From positions 1 to 50,494 of the forward strand of contig JANLWX010000058.1 in assembly GCA_031364845.1 (NCBI GenBank): 50,494 nt of DNA, in the 5' to 3' direction. The notes beneath the pieces are model-generated. The model saw only the letters and a list, made by a program, of their open reading frames with translations. It searched no databases and was not told the origin of the DNA. The translations under genes and the position numbers were made by a program. This stretch comes from Candidatus Eiseniibacteriota bacterium. Its GTDB lineage: Bacteria > Eisenbacteria > RBG-16-71-46. Below, one piece after another: positions 12,778-22,610 of the stretch; position 1 is the stretch's first letter; every line of letters starts with the position of its first letter.

Positions 12778-14733
12778 TCAGCGCGGCGAGTTTTCGATCT
12801 GGGCGCTGTCGCTCGTTCCCTCGATGAGACTCAATCCGATCCGCGCCTGGGCATCGTTAGGGTCCCGCTCGAGCGCGCGGCGGAACGCGAGGCGCGCATC
12901 GTCCGGCCGTTGCATCTGGCGCAGCGCCTCGCCCTGCAAGGTCCACGCGAACGCATCACCCGGCCGGGTGCGCGATGCCCGCTCCGCCTCCCGCAGCGCG
13001 TCACCGAGCCGGCCTTCGGAGAGCGCGTCCGCCGAGAGCACCAGCCGATGCGTCCACACGAGCGAATCCGGCAGCACCTGCACCAGTGCGCGCGCGATGT
13101 GGACGCGGCGACGCGTGTCGTCGTGGATCCATTCGGGATCCCGGCCGAAGTCGGGCCCGATCCGGTAGGTCACGCTGGGATTCTGAGTCGTGACGTGCTG
13201 GACCGTGAGTCCCGGAACCGTTGCCGTGGTGTCGAGGAGGTACGCGAACTCCTGGCGCAGCATCATCTCGTACCACGAGAAATAGATGTAGCGCGCCCCG
13301 TGCGCGCGCGCGAAGTCCGCGAGTTCTCGCAGCGAGCGAAAGCGCGGGAACGGAATCACGGTGAGCCCCGAGTAGTAGCCGATGTGTCCCTTGCGGCTCA
13401 CGACGCGCTCGCCGGGCGACGCGTGTGCGGCGAGCGCGCGTCCCGCCTCGCGAGTCTCGACCGGCGTGTGCTCGAGCGCCGCGCGCTGATAGGGCACACA
13501 CCACGCGGCGAGCCACACCGCGGCCCCCGCGATCGCCAGTGCCCGTACCGTCACGGGAATCGCGCGCAGAAATCCCGGCGCCGGCGCGACGATCAGGCCG
13601 GCGAGCGTGAGGTAGATGGGGATCAGCGGCAGCGAATAGCGGTCGCTGTAGAACACCGGCACCAGAGCGGCGAACAGCAGCGCGCCGTGGACCCACAGCG
13701 GCCGCAGCGGCGTGCGCGACCCCGCCGCGAACGCTCCGAGCGCGCACAACCCGGCGATCGGAAGCCCCAGCAGCTCCTTCGCGTCGCGCCCGAGGTGGGC
13801 GGGAATGTTGACCAGCGAGCGGCGCACGAGTTCGAGCGGACGCGTGCGCAACAGTTCGAGCAGCGTCTCCGAGGGTGGCGTCGCGTTGGCGAGGAAGCCG
13901 TACTCGTCCTGCACGTTCCGGCTCGCATCGGGGTTCAGATAGAAACCGAAGTTCTCGTACAGATGAATGCCCGGGATCGCTCCGGCGACCAGCGAATAGG
14001 CGGCCCACGGCAGCGTGATCACGCCGAAGCCGCCGAGATAGGCGAGGAGCGCGCGACGGCGCGTGAGCACGGTCGAAGGCTCGAGCCACGCGAGCGTGAC
14101 GATCGCGGCGGGCACGAGCGCCATCAGGTTGTAGCGCGTGAGCGTGGCGAGTGCCGCGAGCGCGCCGGCGCCGAGCAGGCCGCGTCGCGATCGGGTCGTG
14201 AGCAGAACGAACATCGAAGCGCTCGCCAGAAAGGTGCCAAGGAGATCGGTGGTCGCGGAGTAGGCGTAGCGGACGAACACCGGGTTCGCCGCGAACAGTA
14301 CGGTGACCGCGAGCGCCACCCGCGCCCCGGCGCGGCGACGCAGCAGGATCGACCACAGCGCCAGTGCGGCGGTCGCACACGCCGCCGACAGCAGCTTGCC
14401 CGTGAGGAACAGATCGAGCCCTCCGGCACCGAGCAGCGCGAGAGCGAACTCGTATCCCGGTCCGACCACGGGATAACGCGACGGATTGACGATCCCGTGC
14501 TGAATGGCGCGCGCACCGATCGCGTAGCCGCCGTAGAAGTCGCTCTCGGTGTAGTAGTCGCCGACCGGATGAAGGGCGAGCGCGATCCACAGAACGCACC
14601 CGGCGAATACCGCGATCACCGCCCACGTCGCCTGCCCGATCCATGCGGGGTCGGAGCTGGAAATCGCGGCCGGCTGCGTACGTGCGGGTTCGAACGCGAA
14701 GCGCGCGGCGGATGGGGAGGCGGGAGGTTTCAT
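12778..14733 (-). CDS. GT-C (ArnT/PMT-like) membrane glycosyltransferase with C-terminal TPR
   Basis: About 11-12 hydrophobic segments. Acidic first loop DYYTESDFY, GPGY, TDLL, LTRYN, DRYSLP. TPR-like end (AWTLQGEAL..ALERDP..ARIGL). Start placed at ATG 14733 because the longer ORF runs antisense into rsmI. Confidence 0.72.
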   Translation of the reverse strand: MKPPASPSAARFAFEPARTQPAAISSSDPAWIGQATWAVIAVFAGCVLWIALALHPVGDYYTESDFYGGYAIGARAIQHGIVNPSRYPVVGPGYEFALALLGAGGLDLFLTGKLLSAACATAALALWSILLRRRAGARVALAVTVLFAANPVFVRYAYSATTDLLGTFLASASMFVLLTTRSRRGLLGAGALAALATLTRYNLMALVPAAIVTLAWLEPSTVLTRRRALLAYLGGFGVITLPWAAYSLVAGAIPGIHLYENFGFYLNPDASRNVQDEYGFLANATPPSETLLELLRTRPLELVRRSLVNIPAHLGRDAKELLGLPIAGLCALGAFAAGSRTPLRPLWVHGALLFAALVPVFYSDRYSLPLIPIYLTLAGLIVAPAPGFLRAIPVTVRALAIAGAAVWLAAWCVPYQRAALEHTPVETREAGRALAAHASPGERVVSRKGHIGYYSGLTVIPFPRFRSLRELADFARAHGARYIYFSWYEMMLRQEFAYLLDTTATVPGLTVQHVTTQNPSVTYRIGPDFGRDPEWIHDDTRRRVHIARALVQVLPDSLVWTHRLVLSADALSEGRLGDALREAERASRTRPGDAFAWTLQGEALRQMQRPDDARLAFRRALERDPNDAQARIGLSLIEGTSDSAQIENSPR

Positions 14734-14865
14734 GGAATGGCGGGCGAGTGTAACAGAAGCCCCGTGCGCCCACGCCGCCGATCCCGAACCCGCTTGGTGG
14801 GTGCCCCCCCGCGTGCTAACTTCCGCCGGTTTTTCGGGATACATGACTTCCGGTACGGAGCACGA

Positions 14866-15618
14866 GTGACCGAACAGCGACCCGCCCGTGAGCGGAGTCC
14901 GGCGGGCCAGGGAACACTGTTCCTGGTCGCGACTCCGATCGGGAATCTCGAAGACATCACCCGGCGGGCGGTGCGCGTGCTCACCGAGGCCGGTGTCGTC
15001 GCGGCCGAGGATACGCGCCACACCCGACGGTTGCTGGATCATCTGGGAATCAACGCTCGCGTGCTCAGCCTGTTCGAGCACAACGAGCGCGCGCGTATCC
15101 CCGAACTCCTCGATCGCTTGCGCGCGGGAGAGGATGTCGCGATGGTGACGGACGCGGGGTCGCCCGGCATCAGCGATCCCGGGTTTCCGCTGGTGCGGGC
15201 CGCGGTCGCGGCCGGCTTGCGGGTCGAAAGCGTTCCCGGACCGAGTTCCGTGATCGCAGCACTTCAAGTAAGCGGTTTGCCGACGGACGCATTCCTGTTC
15301 GCCGGGTTCCTGCCGCCCAAACGCGAGGCGCGCCGCAAGCGCCTGGTGGAACTGCACGAACGGCGCGAAACGATCGTGGTGTTCGAGTCGCCGTATCGGA
15401 TCGAGGCGTGTCTCACCGAGCTCGAATCGGTGTGGGGCGGGCGGCCGATCGCGCTCGCGCGCGAGTTGACGAAGCTTCACGAGCAGGTGTTGCGCGGCAC
15501 GGCGGCCGAAGTGCGCGCCGCATTGCGCGCAGACCAACGACGAGGAGAAATAGTGCTGGTACTGGGCGGCCGGACGCGCCACACGCAGGACGAGCCGGCG
15601 GACGGCGACGAAGCATGA
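14866..15618 (+). CDS. rsmI: 16S rRNA C1402 2'-O-methyltransferase
   Basis: LFLVATPIGNLEDIT, AAEDTR, DAGSPGISDPG, FESPYR, ARELTKLHE, RGEIVL. GTG start after GGAG. TG-C-TAACTT extended -10 at 14814-14822. Confidence 0.95.
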   Translation: MTEQRPARERSPAGQGTLFLVATPIGNLEDITRRAVRVLTEAGVVAAEDTRHTRRLLDHLGINARVLSLFEHNERARIPELLDRLRAGEDVAMVTDAGSPGISDPGFPLVRAAVAAGLRVESVPGPSSVIAALQVSGLPTDAFLFAGFLPPKREARRKRLVELHERRETIVVFESPYRIEACLTELESVWGGRPIALARELTKLHEQVLRGTAAEVRAALRADQRRGEIVLVLGGRTRHTQDEPADGDEA

Positions 15619-16328
15619 CGCCGACCGAAACGACCTCGGCCGATCCCTCCACGCGCCCCGGTGGCATCGCGCGCATCAAGGAATCGGCGAAGCGCCTTGC
15701 GTATTCCGTGCTCGATCCGCTCGTCGCCCTGCTCGGGCGCCTCGGCGTCGGTCCCGACGCGCTCACGACGATTGGCTGCACGTTCAGCGTATTCTCCGGC
15801 ATCGCGTTCTTCGAAGGCGGCTTCCGGCTCGGTTCCGCGTTGCTGTTGATGTCCGGGATCTGCGACATGCTCGACGGCCAGGTCGCGCGCACTCAGAACA
15901 AGGTCTCGCGGTTCGGCGCGTTTCTCGATTCGACGCTCGACCGTTTCGCCGAGGCGTTCGTCCTGATCGGGATCGCGGGATTTTATCTGGTCAACCTCGT
16001 GGATCTGGTCCACGATCCGACGCGGGCGCTCACCGAGATCGGCCGTGGACTCGAGCCGCGCACGTGGGCGGTGATTTCGCTCACGGCGATGATGGCGCTC
16101 GTGGGTTCGTTCATGGTGTCCTACACCCGCGCGCGCGCCGAGGGCCTGGGGCTCGACGGCAAGGCGGGATGGTTCGAGCGGCCGGAGCGGCTGCTGCTGG
16201 TCATGATTGCGGGAGCATTCGGCGTGGGCCCGGTGATGCCGGGCGCCCTGCTGCTGCTGACGATCTTTTCATTCGGCACCGCGGCGCAACGCGTGGCCTA
16301 TGTTTGGAAGCAAACTCGTTCGCAATAG
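15615..16328 (+). CDS. CDP-alcohol phosphotransferase, probable phosphatidylinositol-phosphate synthase
   Basis: DMLDGQVAR..FGAFLDSTLD signature. SYTRARAE and ERPER motifs typical of the PIP/AIP-synthase subgroup. Directly upstream of ino1; ATGA overlap with rsmI. Confidence 0.8.
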   Translation: MTPTETTSADPSTRPGGIARIKESAKRLAYSVLDPLVALLGRLGVGPDALTTIGCTFSVFSGIAFFEGGFRLGSALLLMSGICDMLDGQVARTQNKVSRFGAFLDSTLDRFAEAFVLIGIAGFYLVNLVDLVHDPTRALTEIGRGLEPRTWAVISLTAMMALVGSFMVSYTRARAEGLGLDGKAGWFERPERLLLVMIAGAFGVGPVMPGALLLLTIFSFGTAAQRVAYVWKQTRSQ

Positions 16329-16364
16329 TTTGTGTTCGAGTCGTGGAACACAAACTAAGGAGGC

Positions 16365-17663
16365 ATGGAATTTATGGGTAAGGTGCGGGTGGCGATCATC
16401 GGAGTCGGGAACTGCGCGTCGTCGTTCGTGCAGGGGCTTCACTACTATCGGAACGCGAAGGAGACGGATCGCGTGCCGGGCCTGATGCACGTGAATCTCG
16501 GCGGCTACCACATCCGTGACGTCGAGGTTTCCGCCGCGATCGACATCGACAAGAACAAAGTCGGCCGCGATCTGTCCGAAGCGATCGTCACCACGCCGAA
16601 CAACACGCTCAACTTCGCGAAGGTCCCGCACAGCGGCGTCACCGTCCAGCGCGGCATGACGCACGATGGACTCGGCAAGTACCTCTCGAAGATCATCGAG
16701 AAGGCGCCGGGATCGACGGTCGACGTGGTGAAGCTGCTGAAGGACACCGGCACCGACGTGGTCGTGAACTACCTTCCGGTCGGTTCGGAAGAGGCGACCA
16801 AGTGGTACGTGGAGCAGGTGCTCGAAGCCGGCTGCGGATTCGTGAACTGCATTCCGGTGTTCATCGCGCGCGAGCAGTACTGGCAGAACCGCTTCGAAAA
16901 GCGCGGGCTCCCCGTGATCGGCGACGACATCAAGTCGCAGGTCGGAGCGACGATTACGCATCGCGTGCTCGCGAACCTGTTCGTCGACCGCGGCGTGCGC
17001 ATCGACCGCACCTACCAGCTGAACTTCGGCGGCAACACCGACTTCCTCAACATGCTCGAGCGCGAGCGCCTCGAGTCCAAGAAGATCTCCAAGACCTCCG
17101 CGGTCACGAGCAACATTCCCTACGAACTTCCGGAAGAGAACGTGCACGTCGGTCCTTCGGACTACGTGCCGTGGCTCAAGGACCGCAAGTGGTGCCACAT
17201 CCGGATGGAGGGCACGACGTTCGGCGACGTGCCGCTCAATCTCGAGATGAAACTCGAAGTGTGGGATTCGCCCAACTCGGCCGGCATCGTCATCGATGCG
17301 GTGCGGTGCGCGAAGCTCGCGCTGAACCACGGCTTGAAGGGCGCGCTGATCGCACCGTCGAGCTACTTCAAGAAGTCGCCGCCGATTCAGATCCCCGACG
17401 ATTCGGCGCGCGAGCTGGTCGAGCAGTACATCAAGGATCCGAAGGGCACCGAGCGCATGCTGCGGGAGAAAGGCGCGCCGATGGTGAAGAAGGACAAGGC
17501 GCCGATCTCGGGCAGGCCCAAGCGCTCGGTGATGGTCCGCGCGGCGGTCGCGACGTCGGTCGGAGTCGCACCTGCGCCCGCGAGCCGCAAGCGCGCGGCG
17601 CGCAAGGTCGCGAAGCGCCGCCCGAAGCCGGCGGTGAAGAAGCGTTCCTCGCGGGCGCGCTGA
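16365..17663 (+). CDS. ino1: myo-Inositol-1-phosphate synthase with basic C-terminal extension
   Basis: [71 protein letters not shown]. Start at 16365 or 16374. Confidence 0.95.
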   Translation: MEFMGKVRVAIIGVGNCASSFVQGLHYYRNAKETDRVPGLMHVNLGGYHIRDVEVSAAIDIDKNKVGRDLSEAIVTTPNNTLNFAKVPHSGVTVQRGMTHDGLGKYLSKIIEKAPGSTVDVVKLLKDTGTDVVVNYLPVGSEEATKWYVEQVLEAGCGFVNCIPVFIAREQYWQNRFEKRGLPVIGDDIKSQVGATITHRVLANLFVDRGVRIDRTYQLNFGGNTDFLNMLERERLESKKISKTSAVTSNIPYELPEENVHVGPSDYVPWLKDRKWCHIRMEGTTFGDVPLNLEMKLEVWDSPNSAGIVIDAVRCAKLALNHGLKGALIAPSSYFKKSPPIQIPDDSARELVEQYIKDPKGTERMLREKGAPMVKKDKAPISGRPKRSVMVRAAVATSVGVAPAPASRKRAARKVAKRRPKPAVKKRSSRAR

Positions 17664-17688
17664 GCGCCCGGGCCGCGGGGACAGCGCG

Positions 17689-18315
17689 ATGACAGGCTTC
17701 TTCGTCACCTTCGAAGGCGGCGAAGGTTCGGGGAAGTCCACGCAGATTCAGCGCCTCGCCGCGCGCCTTCGGGCTCGCGGCGAGATCGTTCTGGAGACGC
17801 GTGAGCCCGGAGGCACGCCGCTCGCCGAGCGCGTGCGCGCACTGTTGCTGGATCCCGGACACGATCCCGGCCCGTGGGCCGAAGCATTCCTGATGGAAGC
17901 CGCGCGTGCCGACGTGGTCTCGCGGCTGATCGCACCCGAACTCGCGGCCGGGCACATCGTGCTGTGCGACCGGTTCGCGGATTCGACTCTCGCCTATCAG
18001 GGAGGCGGCCGAGGCCTGGACCTCGAACTGCTCCACGCGATGAACCGCGCGGCGACCGGCGGGCGCGAACCCGACCTCACGCTGCTGTTCGATGTCGATC
18101 CTGCGATCGGCCTCGCGCGCCGCGCTCGGGCGGCACCGCGGACCAACCGTATCGACCGCGAGCCCGAGGCGTTCCACGTCCGGGTCCGCGAGCAGTTCCT
18201 CGCGCTGGCGCGTTTGAACCCAGCGCGCTGGGTGATCCTCGATGCCGGCCTCGAACCCGACGCGCTCGAGCGCGCGGTGGCGGAAGCGGTCGAGCCGCGA
18301 CTCAACGCTCGCTGA
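17689..18315 (+). CDS. tmk: Thymidylate kinase
   Basis: FEGGEGSGKSTQ, TREPGGT, LCDRFADSTLAYQG, PDLTLLFD. Confidence 0.96.
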   Translation: MTGFFVTFEGGEGSGKSTQIQRLAARLRARGEIVLETREPGGTPLAERVRALLLDPGHDPGPWAEAFLMEAARADVVSRLIAPELAAGHIVLCDRFADSTLAYQGGGRGLDLELLHAMNRAATGGREPDLTLLFDVDPAIGLARRARAAPRTNRIDREPEAFHVRVREQFLALARLNPARWVILDAGLEPDALERAVAEAVEPRLNAR

Positions 18316-18473
18316 CGCTGACGGGCGCGGGATTCCGGCCTCCCGGCCCGGGGTCGCACGCGCAGACCGTGTGCTATAGTTCCCGGCCCTGACGATTTCA
18401 AGTTACAGCCGTCCACGCCCGGTCCGACCTGCCGCATCCGGAGCGCAGGCATACGACCCCCCCGGAGGTTTTC

Positions 18474-20057
18474 GTGATCCGTCGACGATTCCTGTTCGGC
18501 GCCCTCATGCTCGCCCTGTTTTCGCTGGGCTGGTGGGCCGGCCGCGGCGCGACCGGCGATCTCTACACGAACCTCGATGTGTTCGTGGAAGTGCTGCAGC
18601 GGGTGCAGGACAACTACGTCGATCCGGTAAAGCCGGCCACCGCCGTCACCGGCGCGATCGAGGGGATGCTCAAGGACCTCGATCCCTACTCCCAGTACCT
18701 CGACGAAAACGACTACACCGGTTTGCAGTCGGTCACGCAGGGCAAGTTCAGCGGCATCGGCGTCGTCGTGGGCGTGCGTGATGAATACCCGACGGTGATC
18801 TCGCCGATCGAAGGCAGCCCGGCGTGGGAAGCGGGCATCCATTCGGGCGACGTGATCGTGAAGGTCGAAGCCACCTCGACCGCCGGGCTCGGCGTCGAAG
18901 GCGTGGCGAAGCTGCTGCGCGGCGCGGAGGGTACGCCGGTGACGCTCTCGATCGCGCGCGAAGGCGAGCAGGGCGAGCAGAGCTACACGATCACGCGCAA
19001 GGAGATCGTCACCAAGAGCGTTCCCTACGCGTTCATGGCGGGCAAGGATCTCGGCTACGTGCGACTCGCGAGCTTCTCGGAGAAGTCGGGTGCCGAGATG
19101 CGCGACGCGCTCGCGCGCCTGCGCAAGGAGGGTGCGCACCGCTTCGTCCTCGACCTGCGCATGAATCCCGGCGGACTGCTCGACCAGGCGGTCGACGTCG
19201 CCGAGCAGTTCCTGCCCAAGGGCTCGATGGTCGTGTACACGCGCGGTCGAGCGCGCAATCAGGACCAGCGCTTCTACGCCGGCAACGCCGCCGGCGATGT
19301 GAAGTCGCCCCTCGTCGTGCTGATCGACGAAGGCAGCGCCTCGGCCGCCGAGATCGTGGCGGGTTCGCTTCAGGATCTCGATCGCGCGCTGGTCGTGGGA
19401 CGCACGTCGTTCGGCAAGGGCTCGGTTCAGAGCGTGTATCCGCTGCGCGGGAAGACCACCGCGATCAAGCTCACGACCGCGCTCTACTACACGCCGAGCG
19501 GGCGCTCGATCCACCGGCCGCGCCCCAAGGGCTTCGATCCGCTGGCCGATGACGACGAGCCGGCGCCCGCGGACAGTAGTGCCGACTCGAGCAAGGTGCG
19601 TCCCGAGTTCCACACGACGGCGGGCCGCATCGTCCTCGGCGGCGGCGGCATCGCGCCCGACGTGACGGTTTTCACGGATTCGCTGACCGGGATCGCGCGC
19701 GAGATCGAACGGCGCGGGCTCGCGTTCCGGTTCGCCAACAAGTGGATCAACGCGCACCCGGGTACTGCCGCGGGCACCGCGCTTCCCGAAGCGACGTGGA
19801 GCGCGTTCGCCGATTACCTGCGCGGTGAGAAGCTGGACGCTGATGCCGCCGCACTCGCGGCCGAACGCAACGTGATCGAACGCGCGGTGCGCCGCGAACT
19901 CGCGCGCCGCACCGGCGGCGATGCGGCGGCGATGCGCGTCGTGCTCGAAGGGGATGCGGCGTTCGCCAAGGCGGCGGCGATTCTCGCCCGCTCGGCGCGG
20001 CCGGCCGATGTGTTCGCGGGCTCGGTGCGCGATCGGTCGCACGACTCCGCCCGGTGA
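18474..20057 (+). CDS. ctpA: Carboxyl-terminal processing protease (S41A, PDZ)
   Basis: LDPYS, FSGIG, PDZ region, DLRMNPGG, SASAAEI, FGKGSVQ, YYTPSGRSI, GGIAPD. N-terminal signal/TM. TG-C-TATAGT extended -10 near 18372-18380. Confidence 0.93.
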   Translation: MIRRRFLFGALMLALFSLGWWAGRGATGDLYTNLDVFVEVLQRVQDNYVDPVKPATAVTGAIEGMLKDLDPYSQYLDENDYTGLQSVTQGKFSGIGVVVGVRDEYPTVISPIEGSPAWEAGIHSGDVIVKVEATSTAGLGVEGVAKLLRGAEGTPVTLSIAREGEQGEQSYTITRKEIVTKSVPYAFMAGKDLGYVRLASFSEKSGAEMRDALARLRKEGAHRFVLDLRMNPGGLLDQAVDVAEQFLPKGSMVVYTRGRARNQDQRFYAGNAAGDVKSPLVVLIDEGSASAAEIVAGSLQDLDRALVVGRTSFGKGSVQSVYPLRGKTTAIKLTTALYYTPSGRSIHRPRPKGFDPLADDDEPAPADSSADSSKVRPEFHTTAGRIVLGGGGIAPDVTVFTDSLTGIAREIERRGLAFRFANKWINAHPGTAAGTALPEATWSAFADYLRGEKLDADAAALAAERNVIERAVRRELARRTGGDAAAMRVVLEGDAAFAKAAAILARSARPADVFAGSVRDRSHDSAR

Positions 20058-20734
20058 GCGTTCGCTACGCGATTCTGTGCGACTTCGACGGCACCATCGC
20101 TCCGCACGACATCGGCGCCGGATTCATCCGGAAGTTTTCACCGGGCATGGACGCCGAGCGCGCGGCGCTGTTCGCGGCGTGGCGTGACGGGCGGATCGGC
20201 AGCCGCGAGTTGTCCGAATCCGAGTGCCGCATGGTGCGCGTTTCCGAGCCCGAGGCCATGGCGTTTGCGGACGGCTTCACGATCGATCCGCAGTTCGCAC
20301 CGTTCGCGCGCGAAGCGGAAGCGCGTGGCGACCGGGTTTGGGTGGTGAGCGACGGCTATGACTTCTATATAAGGCGGCTGCTGAGTGCCGCCGGTCTCGG
20401 TTCGCTTCCGTACAGCGCCAACCGCGCGCGCTTCGAAAACGGCGGCGTGACGCCGGAATTCCCGCGCGCCGGGCGCGGGTGCGGGCGTTGCGGCAACTGC
20501 AAGGGCGCCGAGGTGGCGCAGGCTCACGAGGAGGGATTTCGCGTGGTTATGGTGGGCGACGGGTACTCGGACCGCTGTGCGGCGCGCGTGGCGGATCACG
20601 TGCTCGCGCGCGGCGCGCTCGCCGAATGGTGCGAAGCCTCAGGCATCGCGTTCGAGCCGTTCGCGGACTTCGCCGACGTCGCGCGTTTCGCCGCCGCCCT
20701 TCCGGGCCGCGCGATCGGGAGTGTTTCGTCATGA
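20054..20734 (+). CDS. HAD-IB phosphatase, MtnX-like
   Basis: CDFDGTI, VVSDG, CGRCGNCK, VGDGYSD. Confidence 0.82.
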   Translation: MSVRYAILCDFDGTIAPHDIGAGFIRKFSPGMDAERAALFAAWRDGRIGSRELSESECRMVRVSEPEAMAFADGFTIDPQFAPFAREAEARGDRVWVVSDGYDFYIRRLLSAAGLGSLPYSANRARFENGGVTPEFPRAGRGCGRCGNCKGAEVAQAHEEGFRVVMVGDGYSDRCAARVADHVLARGALAEWCEASGIAFEPFADFADVARFAAALPGRAIGSVSS

Positions 20735-21798
20735 AGATCGGCAACGTCACCGCCGACTCGCCGTTCCTGCTCGCGCCGCTCGCCGGGGTCAGCGACTCGC
20801 CGTTCCGCCAGCTGTCGCGCGAACAGGGCGCATCGATCGTCTACACCGAGATGGTGTCGGCCGACGGACTCATCCGCATGAACCAGGCGACGCTCGACTA
20901 CTGCGCCTTCGAGAGCATGGAGCGCCCGCTCGGCATCCAGTTGTTCGGCGCCGATCCCGCCATCATGGCCGAGGCCTCGCGCGTGCTGTGCGATCTGCCG
21001 CCCGAGCGCCGTCCGGATCTCATCGACATCAACATGGGCTGTCCGGTGCGCAAGGTCGTGAACCGTTGCGCGGGTGCCGCACTGCTCACGAACGTGCCGC
21101 TGCTCGGCGAGATCGTCGAGCGCATGGTCGAGGCGAGTTCGCTGCCGGTGACGGCCAAGATCCGGCTTGGCTGGGACGGCAACTCGCAGAACGTCGTCGA
21201 AGTGTGCAAGCGGCTCGAAGGCGTCGGGGCCGCGGCGGTCGCGATCCACGCGCGCACGCGCGCCGAGAAGTTCGAAGGCGACGCGCACTGGGAGATGATC
21301 GGCGAGGCCAAGCGCGCTGTTTCGATTCCTGTGATCGGCAATGGCGACGTGCGCAGTCCCGAGGACGCCGTCCGCATGCTCGAGACCACCGGCTGCGACG
21401 CCGTGATGATGGGGCGCGCGGCGTTCGGTGATCCGTGGGTGTTCCGCCGCGTGCGGGCGTTCTGGGAGAACGGCGAGGTGCTGCCGATGCCAACCGCGGC
21501 GGAACGACTCGAAGCCGGGATCCGCCACCTCGCGATGATGGTCGCGAGCGTGGGCCCGGTCTCGGCGGCGCGCGAAATGCGCAAGCACGTCGCCTGGTAT
21601 GTGAAGGGACTTCCGAACAGCGCGCGCGTGCGCGAGACCGTGAACCGCACGCGGACCGTCGAAGAGATGGCGCAGCTGTTGCGCGACTACCTCGAAGAGT
21701 TGCGCCTCGACCCCGACGGACGGATGCACGCGGGGCAGGGCGAGGCTTCAGTAGCGGTCCCGGCGTCCGCGGGCGAGGACGTGCTTGCGGCCGGCTGA
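20731..21798 (+). CDS. dusB: tRNA-dihydrouridine synthase B
   Basis: LAPLAGVSD, YTEMVS, QLFG, DINMGCP, TAKIRLGW, IHART, IGNGDV, MRKH. ATGA overlap with the HAD gene. Confidence 0.94.
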   Translation: MKIGNVTADSPFLLAPLAGVSDSPFRQLSREQGASIVYTEMVSADGLIRMNQATLDYCAFESMERPLGIQLFGADPAIMAEASRVLCDLPPERRPDLIDINMGCPVRKVVNRCAGAALLTNVPLLGEIVERMVEASSLPVTAKIRLGWDGNSQNVVEVCKRLEGVGAAAVAIHARTRAEKFEGDAHWEMIGEAKRAVSIPVIGNGDVRSPEDAVRMLETTGCDAVMMGRAAFGDPWVFRRVRAFWENGEVLPMPTAAERLEAGIRHLAMMVASVGPVSAAREMRKHVAWYVKGLPNSARVRETVNRTRTVEEMAQLLRDYLEELRLDPDGRMHAGQGEASVAVPASAGEDVLAAG

Positions 21799-22546
21799 TC
21801 TGACCACGCTGCTGCGTCGCGTACGCAGCGGAAAGGTCACCCCGGCCGACGCCGCGCGCGCGATCGGCGAGGCGCCGGTCGAGCAGCTCGGCTTCGCGAC
21901 CCTCGACCATCAGCGCGCGCTGCGCTCCGGATTTCCGGAAGTGATCTACGCCGCGGGCAAAACACCCGCGCAGTTGGTCGCAATCGTCGAGCGGCTCTAT
22001 CGGCGCGGCGGACTGGTGCTCGCGACGCGCGTCACCGAAGCACAGCACGCGCCGCTTGCCGAAGCTTTCCCTAAGGGCGAGCTGAACGTCCGCGCCCGCA
22101 CGTTCGTGCTGCGCCGGCGCCGGCCCCGGGGCGAGGGCTACGGCCGCGTGCTGATCGTCTGCGCGGGAACCGCCGATCTGCCGGTGGCCGAAGAGGCGCT
22201 GGTCACCGCCCAGGTGATGGGCAGCCGCGCCGAGCTGGTGGCCGATGTCGGCGTCGCCGGATTGCACCGCCTGCTCGCGCACCGGTCCAAGCTGCGCGAG
22301 GCGCGGGTGCTGGTGGTGGTCGCGGGCATGGAGGGCGCGCTTCCGAGCGTGGTCGGCGGCCTCGTGGACCGGCCGCTGATCGCGGTGCCGACCAGCGTCG
22401 GCTACGGAGCGCACTTTCGAGGTCTCGCCCCGCTGCTCGCCATGCTCAATTCGTGCGCGGCCGGGGTCACGGTCGTGAACGTGGACAATGGATTCGGCGC
22501 CGGCTATGCGGCGCATCTCATCAATACCGCCGCCCGGCGGCGCTGA
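21785..22546 (+). CDS. larB: Nickel-pincer cofactor biosynthesis carboxylase/hydrolase
   Basis: LDHQRALRSGFPEVIY..GKT, AGTADLPVAEEA, DVGVAGLHR, AGMEGALPSVV, VPTSVGYG, MLNSC..VNVDNGFGA. Confidence 0.94.
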   Translation: MRPADLTTLLRRVRSGKVTPADAARAIGEAPVEQLGFATLDHQRALRSGFPEVIYAAGKTPAQLVAIVERLYRRGGLVLATRVTEAQHAPLAEAFPKGELNVRARTFVLRRRRPRGEGYGRVLIVCAGTADLPVAEEALVTAQVMGSRAELVADVGVAGLHRLLAHRSKLREARVLVVVAGMEGALPSVVGGLVDRPLIAVPTSVGYGAHFRGLAPLLAMLNSCAAGVTVVNVDNGFGAGYAAHLINTAARRR

Positions 22547-22554
22547 CATGAATG

Positions 22555-22610
22555 GGCAGGGTCCTGAACAAGCCGAGCAACGCAGCAATCGGCTTGTTCA
22601 GGACCCTGCC
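22555..22610. repeat. Perfect 22-bp inverted repeat between larB and larC
   Basis: GGCAGGGTCCTGAACAAGCCGA (22555-22576), 12-nt loop, TCGGCTTGTTCAGGACCCTGCC (22589-22610). Confidence 0.95.

Noticed and set aside
12910..15618. Apparent 902-aa RsmI with a long N-terminal extension, and the reciprocal 934-aa GT-C ORF
   Set aside because: Each extension is the antisense of the other gene. Plausible starts are at 14866 (+) and 14733 (-), with promoter/RBS signals between them.
15615..17663. Di-myo-inositol-phosphate (compatible solute) pathway
   Set aside because: No IPCT nucleotidyltransferase domain or gene is in the window, and the motifs fit PIP/AIP synthases better. Not excluded genome-wide.
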